64,000 nt of DNA from an uncultured Candidatus Saccharibacteria bacterium (lineage in GTDB: Bacteria; Patescibacteriota; Dojkabacteria; J137), in assembly GCA_965230975.1 (NCBI GenBank), contig OZ246402.1, positions 992,859 through 1,056,858 on the forward strand. The letters run 5' to 3'. The notes under the pieces are model-generated. The model did not search any database. It was given only the letters and a program-made list of their open reading frames with translations, and was not told where the DNA came from. Positions 57,001-64,000 of the stretch are shown here, piece by piece. The position numbers and the translations under genes were made by a program. Each line of letters opens with the position of its first letter. The first letter of the stretch is position 1.

Positions 57001-60000
57001 ATTAAAGGAAATACAACTCAGACTGGGGTTTTTAGAACAAGTAGTATGGGAGGAGATTCAACAGCGATCCTAGATGGAGCAACTGCAAATATTGCTAGTG
57101 CAATCATATCTATTAACAAAGACGGGTTTACGGTTGGAAATAGTGCTACGGTTAATTCTAACGGAGTAACCTATTACTGGACAGCTTATGGGAACGCCTG
57201 GAGACCCGAAACTAACAATGGAGCCACAGATTTTTATGTGGGAGCATATTATGCTAATGGTTCTGATAATACAGATATTACAAGGTTACCATTTCAGGCA
57301 GATTTACTTACTATTAAAAGAAATAGTACTACTGCGGGAGTATATAAGACCTCGGATATGTCTGGTGACTTAACTGGGTACTTTGCAGCTACCGCAGAAA
57401 CTACAAATAGCATACAAGCATTTAATACCGATGGATTTGAGATAGGAACAACCGCCAATGTAAATACAGCAACTAACACTTATTGGTACTTTGGATTTAA
57501 AAACGGAAACAATTTCAAAGTAGGCACATATAGTGGTACCGGCAGCGCACAAACTATATCTGCAATTGGATTCCAACCAGACCATGTTTGGGTAAAAGCA
57601 ACTGGAGCAACCAGAGGTATATTAAGAACAAAAGAGGGAGTCACTGACTCAGCATTACCATTTATTAATGTTGGTGCAATAACTGGGGGTATTACAGCAT
57701 TAGCAAGCAATGGAATAACTCTTGGAACCGCATCTGAAACAAACTCTTCAGGTACTAATAACTATAGGTACGTAGCATGGAAAACTCCTTCTGTTACTTT
57801 TTCAAGTAGTGGAACACAATCTACAAATCTAAACGTCAATTCAACCAACAACTATATTGGGGCTGCGTTTACAGCTGTTTCTACTTCAAGCTCAATAAAC
57901 ATAACCAGAATAATTTTATCAGAAACAGGAACTATCGCAGCAAATACAAACCTTGCAAATGTCAAGCTTTACTACGAAACAACTGGAACTTGCACGTATA
58001 ATGGTACAGAAACACAGTTTGGAACGACTCAAAGTTTTGGAGCATCTCAAACTGCCACATTTGATGGCACAATAACGGTTGGCACATCACAAATATGTAT
58101 ATATCCCGTGCTAGATGTAGGTAGTGGTGCATCTGCTGGAGAAACAATTGAACTTGAAATTACATCTTCATCAAATATAAATATATCTACAGGAATAATA
58201 AGCGGTACTTTCCCTGTTACACTAAGTGGAACCACCACATTGATTGCTACGTCTAATACTGCACCCAACAGCCCTGCAAGCTTGGCACAAAAGAAAGTAG
58301 ACGACTCGACAATATCTACAGGTGCTTGGATTAATCAAACATCGGTTAAATTTACTGCAAACGTTAGTGATACAGATAATCCAGATACACTTTACCTATG
58401 TGTAGAGGTATTACCAATAAGTAGCCCTTTTACGGGCACAGAAACAGCATGTGGTAGTAGCGTGTCTTATGTTGGAAGTGCATTAGCTGCAAGTGTAACA
58501 ATTGGAAGTCTTACAGATAATGAATATAAATGGCAGGCTAGAGTAAAAGATAGTTTAGGAGCATACTCCGCATGGGTGCATTTTTCAAGTCTTCCTTCAA
58601 GCTTGATTGGATACTGGAAAATGGACGAAACGAGCTGGACAACTGACTGTTCAACAGCATCTGTAATAGACTCAACTTCAAATGCAAATAACGGAAAGTC
58701 ATGTCCTGGTACAACGGGACCAACGACAACTGCTTCGGGTAAATATGATAGAGCGGGAGATTTTGATGGGAGTGAGGATTATGTTGATACGGGCAGTGGT
58801 GTTAACATTACTAACTTATCATTCACTATAAGTGGTTGGGTCAAAAGAGATGTTACTAATGTTTATGAAATGGTTGTTTCTCAAGGTACTTCAAGTACCA
58901 ATCAAGGTTTACATTTCGGATTTGTTCCAGGAAACGTAGTAAGATGTGGTTTTTTTGGAAATGATTTGGACTCAACTACTTTAATTACAGATACAACTGG
59001 CTGGCATCATATTGCTTGTGCTTATAATGCTTCAACTAATACTAGGTATATATATATTGATGGAGTTTTAGATATTACACAAAGTGGAGTTTCTGCAGAT
59101 TATTCTGGAACAGGTAATCTAATTATTGGGTCTTGGGGGTGGAATATTGGTACAAGTGAGAAATTTAATGGAAAAATAGATGAAGTCAAGATCTATAATG
59201 TAGCAAGAGATCTTTCAGGAATTATAGCGGATATGAACGGCTATTCAGGAACTGACTTCGGAATAGATACCACCGCGCCTACAGGAGGAACAGTTTACGA
59301 CGGCAGTTCAAATGGTGTAGATATTATGTTTAATGATGGGTCATTATCAACTCTATCTGCAAACTGGAGTGGGGTAAATGCAAGCAATGCAGGACTCTCA
59401 AGCTATGATTATTCAATTGGAACTAGTGCCGGTGGAACAGATGTAGTGAACTGGACCTCTAATGGTACTAGTACTAGCATAACCGTAAATAGTTTAAACC
59501 TACAAAGCTCTAAAATGTACTTTTTCAATGTACGAACAAACGACGCGGCTGGAAACTCTGCAACAATAAGTTCTAATGGACAAGTAGTAGCACCATCACT
59601 TACATTTACACTATCTTCAAACTCAATAAACTTTAGTAATTTAAATGCAGGCAATAGCTATTCAGATACTAAAACTACAACATTAACAACATCTACGAAT
59701 GCTTACAATGGCTATGTTATTCGATTATTTAAAACGGATTCCTTAAGATCTGCTACAAGTCCTTCTATAACTATTCCTGACTTTAATGGAGGCACTTATG
59801 CGGCACCAAGCGCATGGGGATCAAATACAGGATTTGGATACACGTCTAACGACACAACAATTCAAGGAGTTAACAAATTTAACCCAGTAACATGTGCAGG
59901 AGGAGGGTCATCTCCATGTTATGCACCAATATCCAGCAGCGCACCTGGTGATATTGTGGCAGATCACACATCTAATGTTACAGGTAGCCCTATTACAAAT

Positions 60001-60099
60001 GAGCAGTTTATAATCACTTATAAGGTTCAAACTCAATCTACTCAATCTGCCGGAACATATTCTACATCTTTGGTGTATACTATAATTCCGCAATATTAG
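54007..60099 (+). CDS. giant secreted surface protein (2030 aa): signal peptide, about 12 tandem ~95-aa beta-rich modules organised as two ~595-aa super-repeats, LamG/ConA-like lectin domain, C-terminal WxL-like domain
   Basis: Repeated module signature GF.PDL[VI].[IV]K...T......[FR][RK]T..M.....YF.ATA......I..L..DGF.VG......N....YY. The LamG block is YWKMDETSW...NGKS...ASGKYDRAGDFDGSEDYVDTG...NLSFTISGWVKRD...GWHHIACAYNASTNTRYIYIDGVL...GKIDEVKIYNVARDLSGI. The C-terminus is homologous to that of ORF 61160..62212. Confidence 0.8.
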   Translation: MIIKRKILKKIITIVIVTILSLMAIFPADILLQQVKLALIDSDIVDTLYWANKDTGIIDSLLDGDLVQKVNAADPPPNGFYIKTGVFLGNAAPKTISGLGFSPDLVILKPDTTAGAGAIFKTKAMSILNVSYFVATAQTSAGAIQLEEDGFTASTTTSNNANIPTTWTAFGGSNCTSTGVFCTGTYIGSGTATKSISTGFQPDLVWVKRSTAVSGTFRTSSMGTNVGQYFTATAQDTTGVLFTTLDSGGFTVGSTNNTSTGIFYYVAFKNVSGAINVGSYTGNATDNRNITGVGFTPDLVITKNSATTVAPVFNVKGSNGDHTSHFTDTAKFVNGIQALQSDGFQIGTDATVNSNSVVYYYAAFGGAAGPSSGSGTFKMATGSYTGNGGVQVIQGLDFEPNLVIIKANSAQTGVFRTSDMSGDLTAVLDGAASNIANGIISLNPDGFTVGSTSRTNAASTTYYWEAFGNAWRQDTNSGASDFFIGTYYGNGLDNRTITFLPFQADLLVIKGNTTTAGVFRTSDMSGDLTGFFAATAETTNNIQAISSNSFEVGSGTSVNSNNVITYYFGFKNGSNFKVGTYSGNGTSQTISAVGFQPDYIWVKQTGATRGIMRSNLGATDSAFPFINATSFTGGITGIVSNGFTVGSATETNASGTNNYRYIAWKNNYTPQSKSYQMKTGYYIGNGAYKQISGLGFSPDLVIIKSDSSTTGALFKTKSMPNGSTSYFMATADSTAGLVTLKSDGFMVSSTATSTNIRYTWVAYSGSDCTSTGIFCTNTYIGSGSSPRAITVVGFQSDLIVVKQNSTTNAVWRSSSMPNNYVQYLSATVQDTTGSYISTIDSTGFTIGSGMNSTSVYYHFFTFKNVTGSINVGTYTGNGTDNRNITGVGFKPNFVFLKNAETTSEGVMNLDESYGDYSSYFIATANVANSIQALISDGFQIGTHATANTNLNVHYYAAFGDAEANSAGTGSFTMATGSYTGNSEYKIFMGLSFTPDLIIIKGNTTQTGVFRTSSMGGDSTAILDGATANIASAIISINKDGFTVGNSATVNSNGVTYYWTAYGNAWRPETNNGATDFYVGAYYANGSDNTDITRLPFQADLLTIKRNSTTAGVYKTSDMSGDLTGYFAATAETTNSIQAFNTDGFEIGTTANVNTATNTYWYFGFKNGNNFKVGTYSGTGSAQTISAIGFQPDHVWVKATGATRGILRTKEGVTDSALPFINVGAITGGITALASNGITLGTASETNSSGTNNYRYVAWKTPSVTFSSSGTQSTNLNVNSTNNYIGAAFTAVSTSSSINITRIILSETGTIAANTNLANVKLYYETTGTCTYNGTETQFGTTQSFGASQTATFDGTITVGTSQICIYPVLDVGSGASAGETIELEITSSSNINISTGIISGTFPVTLSGTTTLIATSNTAPNSPASLAQKKVDDSTISTGAWINQTSVKFTANVSDTDNPDTLYLCVEVLPISSPFTGTETACGSSVSYVGSALAASVTIGSLTDNEYKWQARVKDSLGAYSAWVHFSSLPSSLIGYWKMDETSWTTDCSTASVIDSTSNANNGKSCPGTTGPTTTASGKYDRAGDFDGSEDYVDTGSGVNITNLSFTISGWVKRDVTNVYEMVVSQGTSSTNQGLHFGFVPGNVVRCGFFGNDLDSTTLITDTTGWHHIACAYNASTNTRYIYIDGVLDITQSGVSADYSGTGNLIIGSWGWNIGTSEKFNGKIDEVKIYNVARDLSGIIADMNGYSGTDFGIDTTAPTGGTVYDGSSNGVDIMFNDGSLSTLSANWSGVNASNAGLSSYDYSIGTSAGGTDVVNWTSNGTSTSITVNSLNLQSSKMYFFNVRTNDAAGNSATISSNGQVVAPSLTFTLSSNSINFSNLNAGNSYSDTKTTTLTTSTNAYNGYVIRLFKTDSLRSATSPSITIPDFNGGTYAAPSAWGSNTGFGYTSNDTTIQGVNKFNPVTCAGGGSSPCYAPISSSAPGDIVADHTSNVTGSPITNEQFIITYKVQTQSTQSAGTYSTSLVYTIIPQY
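54250..57820 (+). repeat. intragenic tandem duplication: two ~1785-nt copies (54250-56034 and 56035-57820), roughly 65-70% nt identity
   Basis: Protein segments KTGVFLGNAAPKTISGLGFSPDLVILK...YRYIAWKNNY and KTGYYIGNGAYKQISGLGFSPDLVIIK...YRYVAWKTPS are colinear module-by-module, including the DCTSTG[VI]FCT and NAWR[QP][DE]TN landmarks. Confidence 0.75.
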
Positions 60100-60100
60100 T

Positions 60101-61135
60101 ATGAAAAAACTCTTTATTATAGTTTTGGTGCTTTTCAATTTAACTACTGTCTATGTAAGTGCGCAAAGTGTTGCAGGTCAAAACACGGTTTCATCTATGG
60201 GAATAAACCCTTCAATCCTTGAGGTTGTTTTAGATAAAAATAATGCAACAACACAAGTAATTACATTAAGTAACTTAACTAATTTACCAATTCCTATAAA
60301 AGTTACAAAACAAAGTTTTACACCGAAAGAAAAGCTTTCAATTCCCGAAGATGAATTACACATTTATGATGCATCTTCGTGGATCACTATAGACAACACA
60401 GATACTGACTTTATTTTACAACCACAAGAAATCAAAAATATTGAAATAACCATTAATCAGCCAGAGAACGCATCTCCCGGAGGGCATTATGCAACAATTA
60501 TATTTGAGCCTTTAATCCCAGAGGGGTTAATCTCTCAAAATTCAGTATATATATATGCGAGAGTAGCTGCCCTTATGTTTATGCAAGTTAGAGGAGCGAT
60601 AATTGAAGATGTATCTTTGGAAGGCATTTCTACCAACTTAATAAATGAACCAGGATTAGTTAATTTTAATCTAAATTTAAAAAACAATGGAAACAGTCAC
60701 ATTAGGCCTAAGTCGCAGATTGTTATTAATAATGTACTAACTCATGAAGAGGTTTTAAAAGCAAACTTTCAAGAGGGGATAGTGTTGCCAGGTACTGTCA
60801 GAACATTCCAGTCGCAATTTGAATCCAATACCTTGTTTGGGATCTATTCATATAAAACAACAATCAACTATGGTGCAGATAACTTGGTACTAGAAACTCC
60901 AACTCAATATTTTTTTGTTTTCCCCTACAAGCTAGCGTTTCTTTTAATATTTATAATCCTATTTCTTATTTATATAAAAACTTTTAGACGAAGAATATCT
61001 AAGGCTGTTAAGGTTTTATTCAAAGGAGATAGAGCATCAAAAATGGAACATCAGAAATTTTATAAAAATTCACCATATTTCAGTCACAAAACCCTTGACA
61101 AGAGCTCGGAAAATCGACAAAATAGTAAATTATAA
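60101..61135 (+). CDS. DUF916/CscA-like cell-surface protein: signal peptide, beta-rich ectodomain, C-terminal TM anchor with basic tail
   Basis: 344 aa. GINPSILEVVLDKNNATTQVITLSNLTNLPIPIKV followed by PGGHYATIIFEP. The C-terminus has TM helix LAFLLIFIILFLIYI then KTFRRRISKA. Paralogous to 62276..63199. Confidence 0.45.
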   Translation: MKKLFIIVLVLFNLTTVYVSAQSVAGQNTVSSMGINPSILEVVLDKNNATTQVITLSNLTNLPIPIKVTKQSFTPKEKLSIPEDELHIYDASSWITIDNTDTDFILQPQEIKNIEITINQPENASPGGHYATIIFEPLIPEGLISQNSVYIYARVAALMFMQVRGAIIEDVSLEGISTNLINEPGLVNFNLNLKNNGNSHIRPKSQIVINNVLTHEEVLKANFQEGIVLPGTVRTFQSQFESNTLFGIYSYKTTINYGADNLVLETPTQYFFVFPYKLAFLLIFIILFLIYIKTFRRRISKAVKVLFKGDRASKMEHQKFYKNSPYFSHKTLDKSSENRQNSKL

Positions 61136-61159
61136 GTCGATATTTTTTATTTATATACA

Positions 61160-62212
61160 ATGTTAAAAAGATTTTGGGTTCTAGGTTTTGCAGTTGTAAT
61201 AATATTCTCTGCAATTATGCCAATGCAATTAAGTGCAGCATATTTAAGTACCGGTAGTGTTAGTTTATCAGATTCAAGAATTAGTCAATCTGCAAACTAT
61301 ACACTTACGTTTTCAAATGTAACCACTTCACCAATCAAATGTATTCAAGTTAAGTTTTCAGATGCTGCTACTGCAGGGTCTAAACCAACAGGAATGACTA
61401 TAACATCTGCAACATTTTCAGCAACATCCAACTATGTTCCAACACCAGCAAGTTGGTCTATCAATAACAACAACACTACAGGCGTTAGTCAAATAACATA
61501 TGCAACAGGCGAAACACCTGCAAGTGCATCTAGCAGAACAGTAGTTTTAAATACCATTACTAACGGCTCTACATCTTCTACTGGTTATTTCTTACAGTTT
61601 TCTACATATAACAATGTAGATTGCACAAGTAGTCCTGTAGACAGTGCTGTAATAATGTTTATATTTACAGATGGTCAAGTCGTAACAGCAACAGTTGATC
61701 CAACATTAACATTTACCATTGCAGGAGTTGCATCTGGACAATCAGTTAATGGAGCAACAACTAATATAACAACAACAAGCACAACAGTACCTTTTGGTAC
61801 AGTAACAGCAGCTACAAATAAAATTGCAGCTCACGACTTAGCAGTTGGGACAAATGCAGCTGGAGGTTATACAGTTACAGTTAGATACACCGGTACATTA
61901 GCTGCTGGTACTCCAACAATCTCAGATTTATCTGGTGCTACAAACGCATCTCCAATATCATTTACATCAGCTGGAACTGAAGCATTCGGATACACAACAA
62001 ATGATGCAACATTAGGTACAGGCACAGCAGCAAGGTTTACAACAGCTGGACCAAAATGGGCAGCATTTACAACATCACCTTTAGAGGTAGCTTACAGTGC
62101 AACACCAGTATCAGAAACTACTAGAGTAGGTTATCAAGTAGGTGTAGCTGCAACAACAGAAGCCGGTACTTATACAACAACTGTAGTTTATGTTGCAACT
62201 CCAACTTATTAA
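61160..62212 (+). CDS. secreted Thr-rich protein with C-terminal WxL-like domain (Tyr variant)
   Basis: Signal peptide. The C-terminal ~150 aa (PTLTFTIAG...GGYTVTVRY...GFGYTTNDAT...AGTYTTTVVYVATPTY) is homologous to the giant protein C-terminus (PSLTFTLSS...NGYVIRLF...GFGYTSNDTT...AGTYSTSLVYTIIPQY). Confidence 0.5.
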   Translation: MLKRFWVLGFAVVIIFSAIMPMQLSAAYLSTGSVSLSDSRISQSANYTLTFSNVTTSPIKCIQVKFSDAATAGSKPTGMTITSATFSATSNYVPTPASWSINNNNTTGVSQITYATGETPASASSRTVVLNTITNGSTSSTGYFLQFSTYNNVDCTSSPVDSAVIMFIFTDGQVVTATVDPTLTFTIAGVASGQSVNGATTNITTTSTTVPFGTVTAATNKIAAHDLAVGTNAAGGYTVTVRYTGTLAAGTPTISDLSGATNASPISFTSAGTEAFGYTTNDATLGTGTAARFTTAGPKWAAFTTSPLEVAYSATPVSETTRVGYQVGVAATTEAGTYTTTVVYVATPTY

Positions 62213-62275
62213 TGTTATAAATCGATATCTTTAACGGAGTGCCCATATTGGGCATTTCGTATAGTAAAAAATACT

Positions 62276-63199
62276 ATGCGAAAAATTAAAATAATTACAG
62301 TAATACTTGCATTCTCAGCTTTTGTTTTTGTACTTAGTCAAAAGGTAGATGCTCAAACACCATTATCTAGCTTTGCAATTTCGCCCCCTTCTTTTGACTT
62401 TACAGCAAATCCTGGAGACAGTATTAAAAACTCTATCCGAGTAGAAAATCTTTCTGATATTCCATTAAATATTACTGCCAAACCAGAAAACTTTGTTGCA
62501 TATGGAGATAGTGGACAGGTTTCTTTAACAGAAGAAGATACTAGTTATGCTATAGATAAATGGATTAACTTGCCGGTAAATATAATAACAATAAACCCTA
62601 AAGAGTCCGCAACTTTTGAATTTAATGTAGATATTCCAAAAAACACAGAACCTGGTAGCCATTATGGTGCAATAGTATTTTCTACTTTATCTGCACAAAC
62701 CGCAGAGAGCACTGGGGCCTTTGTACAACAAGAAATTGGAGCCCTTATTTTAATAAAAATTCCAGGAGATGTAATAGAAGAGGCAAACTTAATAAGCTTT
62801 GATTCTAAAGAAGATCTTTACACAGACACAAGCTTAACATTAACAGCTTTAATTGAAAATAGCGGAACACTTCATTTTAAACCTGTTGGTAGAATTTATA
62901 TAAAAGATATTTTTGGTAATTTAATACAAACAGTAGAAGTTCAAAGCAAGAATATTCTTCCAAAAAACAAACGTCAATTTGAAGAGAACTTTTCTTTTGA
63001 TAGTATAGGTTACTATAAGGCAGAGCTAGAACTTTTTTATAAAAATGGAGAAAAGGTAATTAAAGCAGATACTTACTTCACATCATTAAATCTTTCAAAG
63101 TCTATTCCAATACTATTAATTATTGGTGCTTTTGGTACAATGTACCTAATATTCAGAAAAAGAATAAACAAAGCATTAATGATCATTATTAAGGGTTAA
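62276..63199 (+). CDS. DUF916/CscA-like cell-surface protein, paralog 2
   Basis: 307 aa. FAISPPSFDFTANPGDSIKNSIRVENLSDIPLNITAKPENF followed by PGSHYGAIVFST. The C-terminus has TM helix IPILLIIGAFGTMYLIF then RKRINKA. Confidence 0.45.
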   Translation: MRKIKIITVILAFSAFVFVLSQKVDAQTPLSSFAISPPSFDFTANPGDSIKNSIRVENLSDIPLNITAKPENFVAYGDSGQVSLTEEDTSYAIDKWINLPVNIITINPKESATFEFNVDIPKNTEPGSHYGAIVFSTLSAQTAESTGAFVQQEIGALILIKIPGDVIEEANLISFDSKEDLYTDTSLTLTALIENSGTLHFKPVGRIYIKDIFGNLIQTVEVQSKNILPKNKRQFEENFSFDSIGYYKAELELFYKNGEKVIKADTYFTSLNLSKSIPILLIIGAFGTMYLIFRKRINKALMIIIKG

Positions 63200-64000
63200 T
63201 GAAATTCGTAAGATGTACGCTCACAATTTTAGTTATCTTTTTTATATCTGTATTTTTAACTTCTAAAGTTAATTCTCAATCAGTAACTTTTAGCGTAGGG
63301 GTAGAAGATTCTTCAATTGAATTCTTGGGTTATACCTCTCCAAATGGTTTTATAACTTTTAAAGAAGGGGGCTCTGTAATCGGAACAACTACAGCAGATT
63401 CAGTAGGCTATTACTATAAAAACTTTACGGCAGTACTAGTCGGAATACACACTATAGAGATATACTCTACAGATGTAAATGGAGTAAATACACCCCAATT
63501 TTCGTATGAAATAGTTGTTCTACCTACTCAAATTACATCAATCAGCTTTGATTTTCCTCCAACTTTACAGTTAAATAAAAATACATATACTAATGAAGAT
63601 GTATTAGTTAAGGGATTAGCCAAACCCAACTCAAACATTTCAATTAAACTTGATGGAAGTGGAATTCAAGAATTTAATACCATTTCAAACAACTCTGGTG
63701 AAATAAGTTTTATAATATTAAAGCAATTTTTGCCAACTGGGGATTTTATTGTTAATGCGTATTTAACTGATTCGATTGATCAAAGTTATAGTAACACATT
63801 AAATTTTCAATATAACCCAGGATTTGTACCTATTATCAACAATATACCAGAGGGGCCTATTAAGGATATAAGCGAACAAATATCTGGCTTGCTTCAAGAG
63901 TATTTTTGGGCACCATTAGGCTCTTTGTTAAATAATGGGGGTAGAGTACAGGGTGAAGTAATAGAAACAACTACGCTAGATAATTATTTGCAAAATACAT
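63199..64000 (+). CDS. secreted Ig-like/beta-sandwich surface protein (5' partial; runs off the window end)
   Basis: Its ATG overlaps the upstream stop (TAATG). The first 267 codons are open to the window edge. Signal peptide MKFVRCTLTILVIFFISVFLTSKVNSQ. Beta-rich repeats. Confidence 0.5.
   Translation, partial: MKFVRCTLTILVIFFISVFLTSKVNSQSVTFSVGVEDSSIEFLGYTSPNGFITFKEGGSVIGTTTADSVGYYYKNFTAVLVGIHTIEIYSTDVNGVNTPQFSYEIVVLPTQITSISFDFPPTLQLNKNTYTNEDVLVKGLAKPNSNISIKLDGSGIQEFNTISNNSGEISFIILKQFLPTGDFIVNAYLTDSIDQSYSNTLNFQYNPGFVPIINNIPEGPIKDISEQISGLLQEYFWAPLGSLLNNGGRVQGEVIETTTLDNYLQNT

Noticed and set aside
1-64000. Alternative genetic code (UGA recoding as in Gracilibacteria/SR1), suspected because of the low GC and CPR-like content.
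   Set aside because: Very long ORFs (1223, 2030, 940 and 884 aa) are intact under the standard code. Genes end at TAA/TGA/TAG with sensible lengths, and no in-frame TGA runs through recognisable domains.
1-64000. CRISPR array, rRNA, IS elements or prophage.
   Set aside because: No regularly spaced short direct repeats. No transposase, integrase or phage structural signatures in any ORF. The only tandem repeats are coding (the PT linker and the giant-gene modules).

Overview
This is a 64-kb window from a low-GC (about 30%), tightly packed genome using the standard genetic code. No UGA recoding is visible: ORFs of 1223, 2030 and 940 aa are intact. The gene content looks like a small-genome bacterium with a single-membrane, Gram-positive-type envelope. 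Candidate Phyla Radiation/Patescibacteria or a reduced Firmicutes-like lineage are both plausible on this evidence (inference).

Recognisable housekeeping genes:
- ung
- nrdR followed by a B12-dependent class II ribonucleotide reductase; a PduO-type cobalamin adenosyltransferase lies elsewhere in the window
- uvrC
- a truncated uvrB
- an ATP-dependent DNA ligase
- nth
- two Nudix hydrolases
- an rRNA methyltransferase
- a P-type ATPase
- adjacent DedA and DUF368 membrane proteins
- a T-box leader in front of a peptidase S51 gene plus alaS
- tRNA-Val(UAC)

About half the window encodes secreted or membrane proteins with no assignable function.

The most striking element is a co-directional operon at 54007 to beyond 64000. 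It encodes a 2030-aa giant repeat protein with LamG and WxL-like domains. It also encodes a small WxL-like protein and two DUF916/CscA-like membrane-anchored paralogs. This is the architecture of a WxL/Csc-type cell-surface complex, but with a Tyr-for-Trp variant of the WxL motifs.

A second neighbourhood (16310-30531) combines a polytopic membrane protein reminiscent of VirB6/TcpH, a Cys-rich secreted protein whose C-terminus resembles VirB2/TrbC, other anchored proteins and an orphan solute-binding protein.

No CRISPR array, rRNA, transposase or integrase was seen.
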